From a bacterium (GTDB lineage Bacteria > Zhuqueibacterota > Zhuqueibacteria > Zhuqueibacterales > Geothermadaptataceae): 64,000 nt of DNA. The position numbers were made by a program, and so were the translations under genes. Within the stretch, counting starts at the first letter, position 1, and each line of letters opens with the position of its first letter. The notes beneath the pieces are model-generated. The model did not search any database. It saw nothing but the letters and a program-made list of their open reading frames with translations, and was not told the DNA's origin. The DNA lies in contig JAJRYV010000132.1 in the NCBI GenBank assembly GCA_024275575.1, positions 17 through 64,016 of the forward strand, in the 5' to 3' direction. Positions 18,635 to 28,268 of the stretch are shown in pieces.

Positions 18635-21556
18635 ATGGACAATCCAAATGGATTTGAACTTATAGATACAAGAAAAATCACTGAAATCGACAGTGAGGTC
18701 TTTTATTATCGTCACCGGAAAAGCGGCGCTCGTTTGCTTTCGGTTTGCAACAATGATGAAAACAAAGTTTTCGGTATCAGTTTTCGCACACCACCGAAAT
18801 CATCCAACGGCATCGCCCACATCATGGAGCATTCGGTGCTTTGCGGTTCACGCAAATATCCGGTAAAAGAGCCATTTGTCGAACTCATCAAAGGCTCGCT
18901 GCACACCTTTCTTAACGCCTTTACTTATCCCGACAAGACCTGCTATCCCGTGGCCAGCACCAACCTGCAGGATTTTTACAATCTCATCGAAGTTTACCTC
19001 GATGCAGTTTTCCATCCCCTGATCGATGAGGATATTTTGAAACAGGAAGGCTGGCATTATGAGCTGCACAAAGCCGATGCCCCGCTCGTCTACAAAGGGG
19101 TGGTATTCAATGAAATGAAAGGCGCCTACAGTTCTCCGAATCGCCTGGTTGCGGAGCTGAGTCAGCAGTCGCTATTTCCTGATACGACGTACGGCGTCGA
19201 GTCAGGTGGCCACCCGGAGGCCATTCCCGATCTGACTTTTACGGAATTTAAAGCTTTTCACCAGAACTATTACCATCCGGCAAACGCTTTTATTTATTTT
19301 TGGGGTGATGATCATCCGCAAAAACGCTTTGCCATTCTCAATGAATATCTCAACGATTTTCAATCCCGTAAAATCGACTCCGCCATCGCCGTGCAAAAAC
19401 GTTTTGTCCAACCTGTGAAAGCAAGGCATAAATATTTTGCAGGTAAGGATTTAGGTAAAACAAAGAAAGGCGTGGTTACGGTCAATTTTCTGCTCAGCGA
19501 TATCCTCGATAATTACGACCGGCTGTTGTTTGAACTACTCGATCACGTACTCATCGGCACAGCAGCTTCGCCTCTGCGCAAAGCATTGATCGATTCCGGC
19601 CTCGGCGCCGACCTCGCTGGTCACGGTCTCGAAACCGATTTACGGCAACTGAGCTATTCTATCGGCCTGCGTGGTATCGATCCGGCCGATGGCGAAAAAG
19701 TGGAAGCGCTGATTTTTGCCACATTGGAAAAACTTGCGAAAGACGGCATTGACAGAGATACGCTCGATGCTTCCCTGAATACGATCGAATTCCACTTGCG
19801 GGAAAACAATACCGGCTCCTATCCCCGTGGCCTGTCGATGATGGTTGAAGTGCTGGCAACCTGGCTGCACGATGAAAATCCCATCGATGCTTTGGCCTAC
19901 GAAGCACCACTGGAGCGATTAAAAAGTGAAGTCGCGGCAGACCCGCGTCTGCTCGAATCCCTCATCAAATCAGCATTTTTGGGAAATACGCACCGCACAA
20001 CCCTTGTTTTTGAACCGGATGAAAACCTGGAATCGCAAGCAGTGGAAAAGGAAACGAAAAAGCTGCAAAGGATGAAAAGCAGCTTCTCGGCACAGGAAAT
20101 CGAAGCGATCATCAAAGATACGGCACGCTTGCAAGAAAAACAGAGCCGTCCGGACGATCCCGAAGACCTGGCAAAAATTCCGCGGCTCAGGTTGCAGGAT
20201 TTGAACCAGAAACACCAACATCTGCCGATTGCCCATAGCCAGTCAGATGCTGCAGAAATCGTTTTTCATGATTTATTTACCAACGGCATCCTCTATTTAG
20301 AGCTGGGTTTTAATTTGGAAAAAGTACCGGAAAAACTGCTACCGCTGGTGCGTATTTTTGGTCGGGCCTTACTCGAAACCGGTTCAGAAAAACATAACCG
20401 GGTCCAATTAACGCAGCGCATCGGCAAACATACCGGCGGTTTATGGCGCAGCACGCTCAACAGCACAAAAGAAAACGGGCAGGAAACCACCTCGTGGTTA
20501 TTTATCAAAGGGAAAGCGCTCGCAGGACAAACGGCAAAACTGCTGGAAATTTTGCTGGAAATTTTACGCACAGCCAGGCTCGACAATCGCGAGCGCATCG
20601 GACAAATCGTGCGGGACGCCCGTTCATCTTACGAAAATAGCCTGGCACGCAGCGGCCATGGTCTGGCGCGCAGGCAATTGGCGGCCGCTTTTACAAAATC
20701 CGGTTGGATCAACGACAAATTAAGCGGCATATCCTATCTACTTTTCCTGCGACAACTGGAACAGCGCATTCTGGACGATTGGAAAAGCGTGCAGAGCGAT
20801 CTTGAACTTTTGCGGGAAAAACTCCTCACCCGGGGAAATCTCGTCTGCAACTGTACCATCGATGCGAAAAACCGGCGGCAACTGGAACCGCAAATCATTC
20901 AATTCATCACCGAACTGCCGAATCGTCAATCGACGCCTTATCATTGGCAATTCAGCAGAAACTTGCAACCGACCGGGCTGGCGATCCCGACACAAGTCAA
21001 TTTTGTCGGTAAAGGTATTAATTTATATGATGTTGGCTATGAATTTCACGGCTCCGTGTTTGTGATCAACAACTATTTGCGCACTTCCTGGCTTTGGGAG
21101 CGGGTGCGCGTTCACGGCGGTGCCTATGGCGCATTTTGCAGTTTCAATCGCCGCACCGGTTTGTTCACCTTGGTTTCTTACCGCGATCCTAATCTGCAGG
21201 AGACGCTCAATATTTTTGATGAAACGGCAAATTTCCTGCGGCAGACGAAAATCAGCGAGGATGAGCTGGTGAAAAGTATCATCGGTACCATCAGCAAAAT
21301 CGATAGCTACATGCTGGCTGACGCCAAAGGAAGCGCCTCGCTCTTTCGCTATCTCACCGGCACCAGTGATAAAAAATTACAGCAGATTCGCGACGAGATT
21401 CTGGGGACAAGCATCGATGATTTTAAACGTTTTGCCGATGCGCTCGATTCCATTAAAACTCACGGGGTTGAGGCGATTGTCAGCTCGCAAAAGATTTTGC
21501 AACAGGTGAACGAAAAAACGAAAAAAGACTGGTTAGAGATCAAAAAAATCATGTGA
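18635..21556 (+). CDS. M16C (PreP-like) insulinase-family zinc metalloprotease
   Basis: 973-aa ORF with the inverted zinc motif HIMEHSVLCGSRKYP (HxxEH). The length and C-terminal blocks (VNFVGKG, RVHGGAYGAF) fit the presequence-protease-like family. Confidence 0.85.
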   Translation: MDNPNGFELIDTRKITEIDSEVFYYRHRKSGARLLSVCNNDENKVFGISFRTPPKSSNGIAHIMEHSVLCGSRKYPVKEPFVELIKGSLHTFLNAFTYPDKTCYPVASTNLQDFYNLIEVYLDAVFHPLIDEDILKQEGWHYELHKADAPLVYKGVVFNEMKGAYSSPNRLVAELSQQSLFPDTTYGVESGGHPEAIPDLTFTEFKAFHQNYYHPANAFIYFWGDDHPQKRFAILNEYLNDFQSRKIDSAIAVQKRFVQPVKARHKYFAGKDLGKTKKGVVTVNFLLSDILDNYDRLLFELLDHVLIGTAASPLRKALIDSGLGADLAGHGLETDLRQLSYSIGLRGIDPADGEKVEALIFATLEKLAKDGIDRDTLDASLNTIEFHLRENNTGSYPRGLSMMVEVLATWLHDENPIDALAYEAPLERLKSEVAADPRLLESLIKSAFLGNTHRTTLVFEPDENLESQAVEKETKKLQRMKSSFSAQEIEAIIKDTARLQEKQSRPDDPEDLAKIPRLRLQDLNQKHQHLPIAHSQSDAAEIVFHDLFTNGILYLELGFNLEKVPEKLLPLVRIFGRALLETGSEKHNRVQLTQRIGKHTGGLWRSTLNSTKENGQETTSWLFIKGKALAGQTAKLLEILLEILRTARLDNRERIGQIVRDARSSYENSLARSGHGLARRQLAAAFTKSGWINDKLSGISYLLFLRQLEQRILDDWKSVQSDLELLREKLLTRGNLVCNCTIDAKNRRQLEPQIIQFITELPNRQSTPYHWQFSRNLQPTGLAIPTQVNFVGKGINLYDVGYEFHGSVFVINNYLRTSWLWERVRVHGGAYGAFCSFNRRTGLFTLVSYRDPNLQETLNIFDETANFLRQTKISEDELVKSIIGTISKIDSYMLADAKGSASLFRYLTGTSDKKLQQIRDEILGTSIDDFKRFADALDSIKTHGVEAIVSSQKILQQVNEKTKKDWLEIKKIM

Positions 21557-21595
21557 TTTGCCAGTAGAATCAATTTATTTTTTGTGGAGAAAAAA

Positions 21596-22018
21596 ATGCT
21601 ATTCAGACTCATGGCGCTCTTTGTCGCCATGCCGCTTATCGAGATTGCTTTGCTGGTAAAATTAGGGGAAGTTGCCGGTTTTTGGCCGACGATTTTTCTC
21701 GTCATTTTCACCGGCATTCTCGGTGCGACGCTGGCGCGCAAACAGGGGTGGCAGACCTATCAAAAGATACAGCAGGAATTGGCGCAAGGCCGCATGCCCG
21801 CATCACAACTTTTGGACGGCCTGCTTATCTTAATCGGTGGCATCGTCTTGCTGACACCGGGTTTAATTACCGACACATTGGGATTTCTTCTGCTCATTCC
21901 ATTGGCGCGCAACGGGGTGAAGAATTATTTACGACGTCATTTTCAGCACCTCACGGCAGCCGGGCAAAGCGGCGAATTTTACGATGAAATCGATTCACGC
22001 GCTTCCGGCTATCATTAA
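21596..22018 (+). CDS. fxsA: FxsA family membrane protein
   Basis: MLFRLMALFVAMPLIEIALLVKLGEVAGFW...LLTPGLITDTLGFLLLIP is characteristic of FxsA/UPF0716. Confidence 0.8.
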   Translation: MLFRLMALFVAMPLIEIALLVKLGEVAGFWPTIFLVIFTGILGATLARKQGWQTYQKIQQELAQGRMPASQLLDGLLILIGGIVLLTPGLITDTLGFLLLIPLARNGVKNYLRRHFQHLTAAGQSGEFYDEIDSRASGYH

Positions 22019-22045
22019 TTCCGAAAATCAACGATTTGCCTGATT

Positions 22046-23284
22046 TTACCCCGGTGCGACCAATGACATGAGAATGCCGCAGAACCAGGCGCAATAAGTG
22101 CCGAGAGCATAACCCAGCACCGCGAGCAGCACGCCGATGGGCGCCAGCGAGGGGTGAAATGCGGAAGCGACGATAGGCGCCGAGGCGGCACCACCGATAT
22201 TCGCCTGGCTGCCGACCGCGATAAAAAAGAATGGCGCCCGAATCAGCCTTCCTACCAGCAAGAGCAGCGAAATGTGGGTGAACATCCAGATCGCTGCGAT
22301 GAGAAACAATTCCGGGCGCTCCATGATGGCCAAAATATTCATTTTCAAACCGATGGTCGCCACCAGCATGTAGAGCAAAAAACTGCCTATTCGAGAGGCG
22401 CCGACGCCCTCCAAATCGCGCAGGCGGGTAAAAGAAAGCAGGATGCCGCCCGTCGTAGCGATGACCACAATCCAAAAAAAGTTTGAAGTTAAGCTATAAA
22501 TTTTCAGCTGTGGCGCATGTGCCGAGATCCACGGCGCGATCAGATCGGCCCCCAAATGGGCCAGCGCCGTTATACCAAATCCCACGGCAAGCACATTCGT
22601 GAGATCGGACAAATTGGGAATACGCGCGATTTTCGCACGGTAAGCTTCCACTTTTTTCTGCACCCCTTCAATTGCGGAAGAATCGCTCTTCAACCAGCCG
22701 TCGATACGCCCCGACATACCGGCGCCATAAAGTAAAAGGGCCATCCAGAAAGTAGATACGAACACATCGACAGTGATCATCGCCGAGAAAATATTATCAC
22801 CGACCTCAAAAACTTCTTTCATCGCGGTCTGGTTGGCGCCACCGCCGATCCAACTGCCGGCAATTGTTGTCAAACCGCGCCAGATGGCATCCGGCCCCTG
22901 ACCTCCGACCAGTTCCGGCTTAAACAGAGCAATCACCAAAATGGCGAGCGGCCCGCCCAGGACAATGCCCGTCGTCGCGGTTAAAAACATGATGAGGGCT
23001 TTTGGCCCGAGGCTGATGATCTTTTTTAAATCGATGCTCAGGGTAAGCAACACAAGGCTGGCCGGCAACAGGTAGCGCGAGGCGACAAAATATAGTTTCG
23101 ACTGGTCCGGTGAAACCAGGCCAAATGTATTGAGCAACGAAGGAACGAAATAGCACAATAATAGTGGCGGAAAAAACGTATAGAACTTTTTCCATGCCGG
23201 CTTGACAGCGGTGTGAAAAACCAGCGCTAAAATGACAATCAATATGCCCAGGACAACGGCATCATTTGTGATAAATGGAGACAT
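22046..23284 (-). CDS. DUF819-like polytopic membrane protein
   Basis: 412-aa highly hydrophobic ORF. The N-terminus MSPFITNDAVVLGILIVILALVFH and the overall pattern resemble the DUF819 (YjcL-like) family by eye. Confidence 0.5.
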   Translation of the reverse strand: MSPFITNDAVVLGILIVILALVFHTAVKPAWKKFYTFFPPLLLCYFVPSLLNTFGLVSPDQSKLYFVASRYLLPASLVLLTLSIDLKKIISLGPKALIMFLTATTGIVLGGPLAILVIALFKPELVGGQGPDAIWRGLTTIAGSWIGGGANQTAMKEVFEVGDNIFSAMITVDVFVSTFWMALLLYGAGMSGRIDGWLKSDSSAIEGVQKKVEAYRAKIARIPNLSDLTNVLAVGFGITALAHLGADLIAPWISAHAPQLKIYSLTSNFFWIVVIATTGGILLSFTRLRDLEGVGASRIGSFLLYMLVATIGLKMNILAIMERPELFLIAAIWMFTHISLLLLVGRLIRAPFFFIAVGSQANIGGAASAPIVASAFHPSLAPIGVLLAVLGYALGTYCAWFCGILMSLVAPG

Positions 23285-23334
23285 CGAACTCCCGTGAAGT
23301 TTTAAATGGATTGATGCGGAATATGAGCCTGATT

Positions 23335-23625
23335 CTACAGAATCATTTTTACCGCAGCGATATTTTTTAGCCGTGTGAGTATTTCCAGGCGATGTTCTTT
23401 ACTTTCGACTTCAACTGACAAGTTAAAACTGACAAACTTACCTTTAGCGCTCTTATTCGAAGCCGCAAGTAAAAAATTCTCTCTGTTGATAACCGCCTCA
23501 ACAGCCTCACGCAATGAATCGGCGTTCAGACCGATAATTTTGTATCGCCAGACGCAAGGGTAAGTCATTTCGAGAGATTCATCGAAGTCATCAATATTCA
23601 TCATGTTTGTCGAACCTGCGTTCAA
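23335..23625 (-). CDS. DUF493 (YbeD-like) small protein
   Basis: 96-aa ORF with YPCVWRYKIIG and a ferredoxin-like alternation pattern typical of DUF493. Confidence 0.55.
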   Translation of the reverse strand: MNAGSTNMMNIDDFDESLEMTYPCVWRYKIIGLNADSLREAVEAVINRENFLLAASNKSAKGKFVSFNLSVEVESKEHRLEILTRLKNIAAVKMIL

Positions 23626-23629
23626 AGAG

Positions 23630-24007
23630 TGTGGATAAGTTGTTCAAAAAAAAACATTATTTGCAACTTACAATTATTTCTGTCTTTTAAGATAAAAAAT
23701 TTGAACCTGGCTAAAGTATTTTTCAGCTATTCTCAGTTCAAAATATTTTTTACTGTCGCACTATTTCAAAAAATATACAAGGTGAAGTTATCTTCTGCTC
23801 GCAGCATAAAAAGAATGCTACTGGATGAAAACAATCCATCTATGTGGATAACTTGTGACTTTCACAGCTTTTTAAGCCGAACATTTACAGATCCCCTTAT
23901 CTTTTATTTTTACACGGTTCATAGCATAAAATGACAAGCAGAAAGAAGTCTTGCCATGTCCGGGAATTGTGGGCAACTTGTGCAAAGATAAAAAATCCTG
24001 TGGGAAA
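23630..24007. promoter_or_regulatory. DnaA-box cluster A in a 480-bp AT-rich divergent intergenic region
   Basis: Perfect TGTGGATAA at 23630-23638 and 23843-23851. One-mismatch boxes include TGTGCAAAG (~23980) and TGTGGGAAA (23999-24007). The region is flanked by a minus-strand gene on the left and a plus-strand gene on the right. Confidence 0.5.
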
Positions 24008-24119
24008 TATAGCTAAATATTCTTAAGCTGCAATTGGAAGTTCTCATAAATATTCAGAATTTTCGACCACCAGGCAGTCATCTGCAAACCATTTTTATTT
24101 TTCTTTGTCAATTTGGGTG

Positions 24120-24734
24120 ATGGCGGAAAGCAGAATGGACAAATTCGAAACTAAGCTGGTACAAAAGGCACAAGCCGGCGACCACAGCGCGTTCGAAAAA
24201 CTCGTACAGCAGCACGACCTGCGCGTCTATCAGCTCGCTTTCGGTGTTCTCGGCAATGTACACGATGCGCAGGATATTTATCAGGAAGTCTTTTTGCGCG
24301 CCTGGTCAAAAATCGGGACGTTTTCCTTTAGCGGGCCATTTGCCGCATGGTTAAACCGTATCACTGTAAATCTTTCCATCAACCGCCTGCGGCAAAAGCA
24401 ACACTGGAGATGGTTTGATATTTCCGAGCGCAACCCTGAAAATGAAACGCAGGAAACTTTCTGGTGTCATTCTGACCCGGCGCCAAACCCCGAGAGACTG
24501 GCCATCTCAGCTGAAATCGGACAGCAGGTTCAAGCTGCTCTCGAAGAATTGCCGGCAAAGCAGCGAGCCATCTTTATTATGAAACATTTTCACGGCTTAA
24601 AAATCAGCGAAATATCCCACTCGCTCGATTGCGCCGAGGGCACCGTGAAAAATCAACTATTTCGTGCAACCCGGAAACTTAAAAATCATTTCAGCCGAAT
24701 TTATGACGAAAAACTCAACCCCAATCTCAGGTAA
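24120..24734 (+). CDS. ECF-type RNA polymerase sigma-70 family factor
   Basis: Region 2 (AFEKLVQQHDLRVYQLAFGVLGNVHDAQDIYQEVFLRAW, WLNRITVNLSINRLR) and region 4 (LPAKQRAIFIMKHFHGLKISEISHSLDCAEGTVKNQLFRATRKL) are present. Confidence 0.88.
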   Translation: MAESRMDKFETKLVQKAQAGDHSAFEKLVQQHDLRVYQLAFGVLGNVHDAQDIYQEVFLRAWSKIGTFSFSGPFAAWLNRITVNLSINRLRQKQHWRWFDISERNPENETQETFWCHSDPAPNPERLAISAEIGQQVQAALEELPAKQRAIFIMKHFHGLKISEISHSLDCAEGTVKNQLFRATRKLKNHFSRIYDEKLNPNLR

Positions 24735-24738
24735 TAAT

Positions 24739-25731
24739 ATGGGCACCTGCAACTTTAATCGAGAGAATATTACGCTCTATTTCTACGATGAATTAGCTGT
24801 ACTACAGCGCGTCGAACTGCAGGATCATCTGAACCGCTGTACCGCCTGCATGGAAGAGTTTCTTGCAATGCAACGACTGCTCAACAAAATCCCGCAACAG
24901 CCGCCGGTACAGCCCGATTCCGCAACTTTAGATTTACTGCGCAACCTCATCTCCCTGCAAATCAGGAAAAGGCAGCCAGAATTCCCCAGGCTGCGCGGTA
25001 TTTTTACATTTATCCAACCCAGGCCTGCTTTTCAATGGGGGTTTGCTGTACTATTGCTGACACTTGGTTTTTTCATCGGCAAATCAACGGCGACAAACTC
25101 AGCAGGTGCGGTACAGCAGACTTTGGGCAGACTGCTGGCAGCTCAGCAGGACATCACGACAGGCAATGCCGTCATCAGTCCGTTTTTATTGGGTATTGAA
25201 CGCATCAATTACGATGCCGCTACCGGTAAAATTGAAATCGCTTACAACACCATCAACGATATTCGTTTGCGCAGCGCCACCGGCGATCGCAAAGTGCATG
25301 CATTGCTGCAAATGGCGATGTTGGAAGCGGAGGATTATGCCGTACGTTTGCAGGCAGTTAAAACTGTGAATGCACTCGCTGCGGTCGAACCACAATTGCT
25401 CGATGCAGCATATCTACAGGTTTTCAGCCAACTTTTAAATTCTGAAAGTAATCTCGGCTTGCGGCTGCAAGTTTTGCAAATATTCAAAAATATGCCCTGG
25501 AGCAGGGAAATCAAATCGATATTGCAAAATATACTGTTGAATGATCAGGACAATGCTTTGCGAATCGCAGCGTTTCGCACGATAACCGAACACGAAAAAC
25601 CCACCGTGAAAATACGCGACCTGCTCACAGCAGCAAAAAACGATTCATCGACATTTATAAAATACCGGGCGAACAAATTGCTTGAAGAGTTGAAAAATAG
25701 TGAAAGTATTCCCCTGCGAAAAGAGGATTAA
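24739..25731 (+). CDS. Anti-sigma factor (zf-HC2 N-terminus, one TM, HEAT-like periplasmic region)
   Basis: ATG 24739 lies 4 nt after the sigma gene stop. The HxxxCxxC motif is DHLNRCTACMEEF and the TM is FAVLLLTLGFFIG. The C-terminal helical repeats resemble HEAT repeats (ALRIAAFRTI). Confidence 0.6.
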   Translation: MGTCNFNRENITLYFYDELAVLQRVELQDHLNRCTACMEEFLAMQRLLNKIPQQPPVQPDSATLDLLRNLISLQIRKRQPEFPRLRGIFTFIQPRPAFQWGFAVLLLTLGFFIGKSTATNSAGAVQQTLGRLLAAQQDITTGNAVISPFLLGIERINYDAATGKIEIAYNTINDIRLRSATGDRKVHALLQMAMLEAEDYAVRLQAVKTVNALAAVEPQLLDAAYLQVFSQLLNSESNLGLRLQVLQIFKNMPWSREIKSILQNILLNDQDNALRIAAFRTITEHEKPTVKIRDLLTAAKNDSSTFIKYRANKLLEELKNSESIPLRKED

Positions 25732-25732
25732 C

Positions 25733-26989
25733 ATGAGAGAAACAAGCTGTTTGATAATCATTTTCCTGATGCTGCTCCCGGCATTTTCCACCAGCTCAGC
25801 TCAGGAGATCGAAGAGAAAGATGGCTACTTTTCGGCTGTGACGAGCCATAGTTTCAAAGTTGAAAACGGCGGCCGTTTAACCGTTCGTGTAACCAACGGC
25901 CGCTTCACCATCGACGGATGGAACCGGCAGGAGGTCAAAATCGAAGAAACAGTACGGTTAGATGTCTATTCGCGCGAGGAAGCGGAACGACAGCTTACAC
26001 ACAGCAAAACGGAATACGAACATTATGGCGCCAATGTTAATATTTTACGCCGAGGCGGCAGCCGTGCGCTTTTCCGTTTTTATGATATAAAAGTACCGCA
26101 AAATTATAATATCAAACTAAAAACGAGTTCCGGAGATATCAATGTCTCCGCGGTTTCCGGTGACTTGCAACTGAGCACAACCGGCGGAGACCTGCGGCTG
26201 AAACGATGCAGCGGGACTGTTTCTGCTCGGACTTCCGGCGGGGATATTGAGCTGGAGACGCTGAAAGCGGATGTCGATATCAGCACAGCCGGTGGAAATA
26301 TTATGATAAGCGGCATCGAGGGCAAGCTTGAAGCATCGACTTCCGGCGGTGATATCGAGCTGGAAAACACCACCGGGGCCGTACGCATTCGCACGGCAGG
26401 CGGCGATTTGTTCATTCGCGCTGCGAAAGGCAAAGTTCGCGGCAGTACATCCGGCGGTTCCATTCATGTTGAGGATTGCGGTGATGATGTCAAAATCAGA
26501 ACCAGCGGCGGCAATCTGCGTTTGCGCAATATCGGCGGCGATGTTGACGGGCGAACCAGCGGTGGTGATATCGACGGGACAGACCTGCGCGGTCAGTGTG
26601 ATTTTTCGACATCCGGCGGTGATATCACTGTTCAGGGGTTGCAGGCCGGTATGAAGGGCAGAACCAGCGGCGGCAGCATCGAAGTGGAAATGACGTTAAC
26701 GGATTTTACAATTTCCCATGCAATCGATTTGAATACAGCCAGCGGCCATATTCTTCTGCGCATTCCGGCAAAACTTCCGGCGGATATTTACGCAGAAATC
26801 CGCCTCGATCGCGGTATTCGCCGCTGGGGGAAGCGCCGGGATATTTACAGTGATTTCCCATTAACAAAAGCGACGAATAATGAAGGACGCCGCAAAGTTC
26901 TGATCAGCAAAGGACGGATTAACGGCGGCGGCGATTCGATTTTTCTGAGCACCTCCAACGGCGATATCATTATCGAAAAATTAAAGTAA
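25733..26989 (+). CDS. DUF4097-family beta-helix repeat protein (putative adhesin / LiaG-like), paralogue 1
   Basis: ATG 25733 follows the anti-sigma stop and a signal peptide is present. About 10 repeats of the T[ST]GGDI-x-[LV] unit occur at roughly 19-20 aa periodicity. Confidence 0.7.
   Translation: MRETSCLIIIFLMLLPAFSTSSAQEIEEKDGYFSAVTSHSFKVENGGRLTVRVTNGRFTIDGWNRQEVKIEETVRLDVYSREEAERQLTHSKTEYEHYGANVNILRRGGSRALFRFYDIKVPQNYNIKLKTSSGDINVSAVSGDLQLSTTGGDLRLKRCSGTVSARTSGGDIELETLKADVDISTAGGNIMISGIEGKLEASTSGGDIELENTTGAVRIRTAGGDLFIRAAKGKVRGSTSGGSIHVEDCGDDVKIRTSGGNLRLRNIGGDVDGRTSGGDIDGTDLRGQCDFSTSGGDITVQGLQAGMKGRTSGGSIEVEMTLTDFTISHAIDLNTASGHILLRIPAKLPADIYAEIRLDRGIRRWGKRRDIYSDFPLTKATNNEGRRKVLISKGRINGGGDSIFLSTSNGDIIIEKLK
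26117..26690 (+). repeat. Intragenic tandem beta-strand repeats (about 57-60 nt period)
   Basis: Recurrent ACTTCCGGCGG(T/G)GATAT(C/T)-type units encode TSGGDI. Coordinates are approximate. Confidence 0.7.
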
Positions 26990-27062
26990 CTTTTTGAGAA
27001 ACAGGCTGTAAGAAAACAGAAACACAGGTGGCAAAAAACCAAAAAGCGAGGGAGATACGGGC

Positions 27063-28052
27063 ATGACCAAATCAAAGCAAGCAGTCGTTTTAACCGGTTT
27101 ATTTTTACTTTTAAGTTCTCTTTCTGTCGGCATATTTGCCGGGTCCAAAGACATAGTTCACAAAAAATTTAATGTCAAATCAGGGGGTAAGCTTTTCCTC
27201 GAATCGGACAAAGGCGCCATCGAAATCAGCACCACAAGCAGTGAAATAGTCGAGGTAACGGTTTACAAAGAATTGCGCCGCGGCGATGACGCCGATCTCG
27301 ATGATTTTGAGGTGCGCTTCAATCAGCGCGGCGATGATGTTGAAATCACCGGTGAATTTCTTCGCCGAAGCAGTGGGCTTTGGGGAAAATGGCGCAACCG
27401 GATACGTATTCGATATGTCATCACAGTGCCCCCAAAATATAATATCGAAGTCAAAACTTCTGGTGGCAGCATTAGCGTGGATGATTTGCAGGGCGAAGTT
27501 ATTTGCAAAACCTCTGGCGGCAGCCTAAGCCTCGGCAATATCAAGGGTCAGGTTCACGGGAAAACTTCCGGCGGCAGCATCAAGCTGGATGGCTGCCAGG
27601 GTGACGCCGATATCAGGACCTCCGGCGGCAGCATTTCGATCGGTGATGTGGAGGGTGAGGTGACGGCAAAAACCTCCGGCGGGTCGATTTCCATCGACCG
27701 GGCAAAGGGTTCGGTTTATGCCCGGACTTCCGGCGGCAGCATTCGTGTTGAGGAAGTTTTCGGCGCCATCGACGCCTCAACCTCAGGTGGCAGCGTTCGC
27801 GCAAAAATTACCGAACAGCCACAGGACGATTGCCGCTTATCGACCTCAGGTGGTAATGTCATCGTTTATCTCGTGCGCGATATCAAAGTCGATATCGATG
27901 CACATACAAGTGGCGGCCGGGTTCGCACAGATTTTCCGGTAATAGTTCGCGGTAAATTGAAACGAAACACCCTGAAAGCAAAAATAAATGGCGGTGGCCC
28001 CGCACTCTATCTGCGCACTTCCGGCGGTAATGTTGAGATTAAAGAACTCTGA
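27063..28052 (+). CDS. DUF4097-family beta-helix repeat protein, paralogue 2
   Basis: 329-aa ORF with a signal peptide. About 10 KTSGGSI/RTSGGSI repeats are present, and the protein ends LRTSGGNVEIKEL, like paralogue 1 (STSNGDIIIEKLK). Confidence 0.7.
   Translation: MTKSKQAVVLTGLFLLLSSLSVGIFAGSKDIVHKKFNVKSGGKLFLESDKGAIEISTTSSEIVEVTVYKELRRGDDADLDDFEVRFNQRGDDVEITGEFLRRSSGLWGKWRNRIRIRYVITVPPKYNIEVKTSGGSISVDDLQGEVICKTSGGSLSLGNIKGQVHGKTSGGSIKLDGCQGDADIRTSGGSISIGDVEGEVTAKTSGGSISIDRAKGSVYARTSGGSIRVEEVFGAIDASTSGGSVRAKITEQPQDDCRLSTSGGNVIVYLVRDIKVDIDAHTSGGRVRTDFPVIVRGKLKRNTLKAKINGGGPALYLRTSGGNVEIKEL
27453..28049 (+). repeat. Intragenic tandem beta-strand repeats (about 57-60 nt period)
   Basis: Recurrent AC(T/C)TCCGGCGGCAGCAT units encode TSGGSI. 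Coordinates are approximate. Confidence 0.7.
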
Positions 28053-28076
28053 TATGATTCGAATTCGATTGAGCCA

Positions 28077-28101
28077 GACCGGTTACCCGGCCGGTTTTTT
28101 T
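28077..28101 (+). terminator. Rho-independent terminator after the DUF4097 pair
   Basis: ACCGG...CCGGT stem in GACCGGTTACCCGGCCGGT, followed by a T7 run, about 25 nt after the stop. Confidence 0.55.
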
Positions 28102-28268
28102 GTTCAAAATGGTAGTGATAAAGGGGTTGCGTCTCGCTGATCGAAACAGTATATTGACCGCTAAAATTTAGACGAAATGCCCCACAGGCTGCTGCGGATA
28201 TGGCAGCCAGCCTCAATCAATGGCGCTTTACAGTTCAAATAGAACCATACCTGCTTGCCGGAGCAAAA

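Noticed and set aside
21951-22475. 174-aa minus-strand ORF overlapping the DUF819 gene in another frame.
   Set aside because: The translation is Arg/Gly/His-rich. The 412-aa hydrophobic frame is the coherent membrane protein.
26104-26467. Two long minus-strand ORFs (119 and 116 aa) inside the first DUF4097 gene.
   Set aside because: They are shadow ORFs created by the GC-rich TSGGDI repeats on the coding strand. Their translations are low-complexity P/A/S/R strings with no start context.
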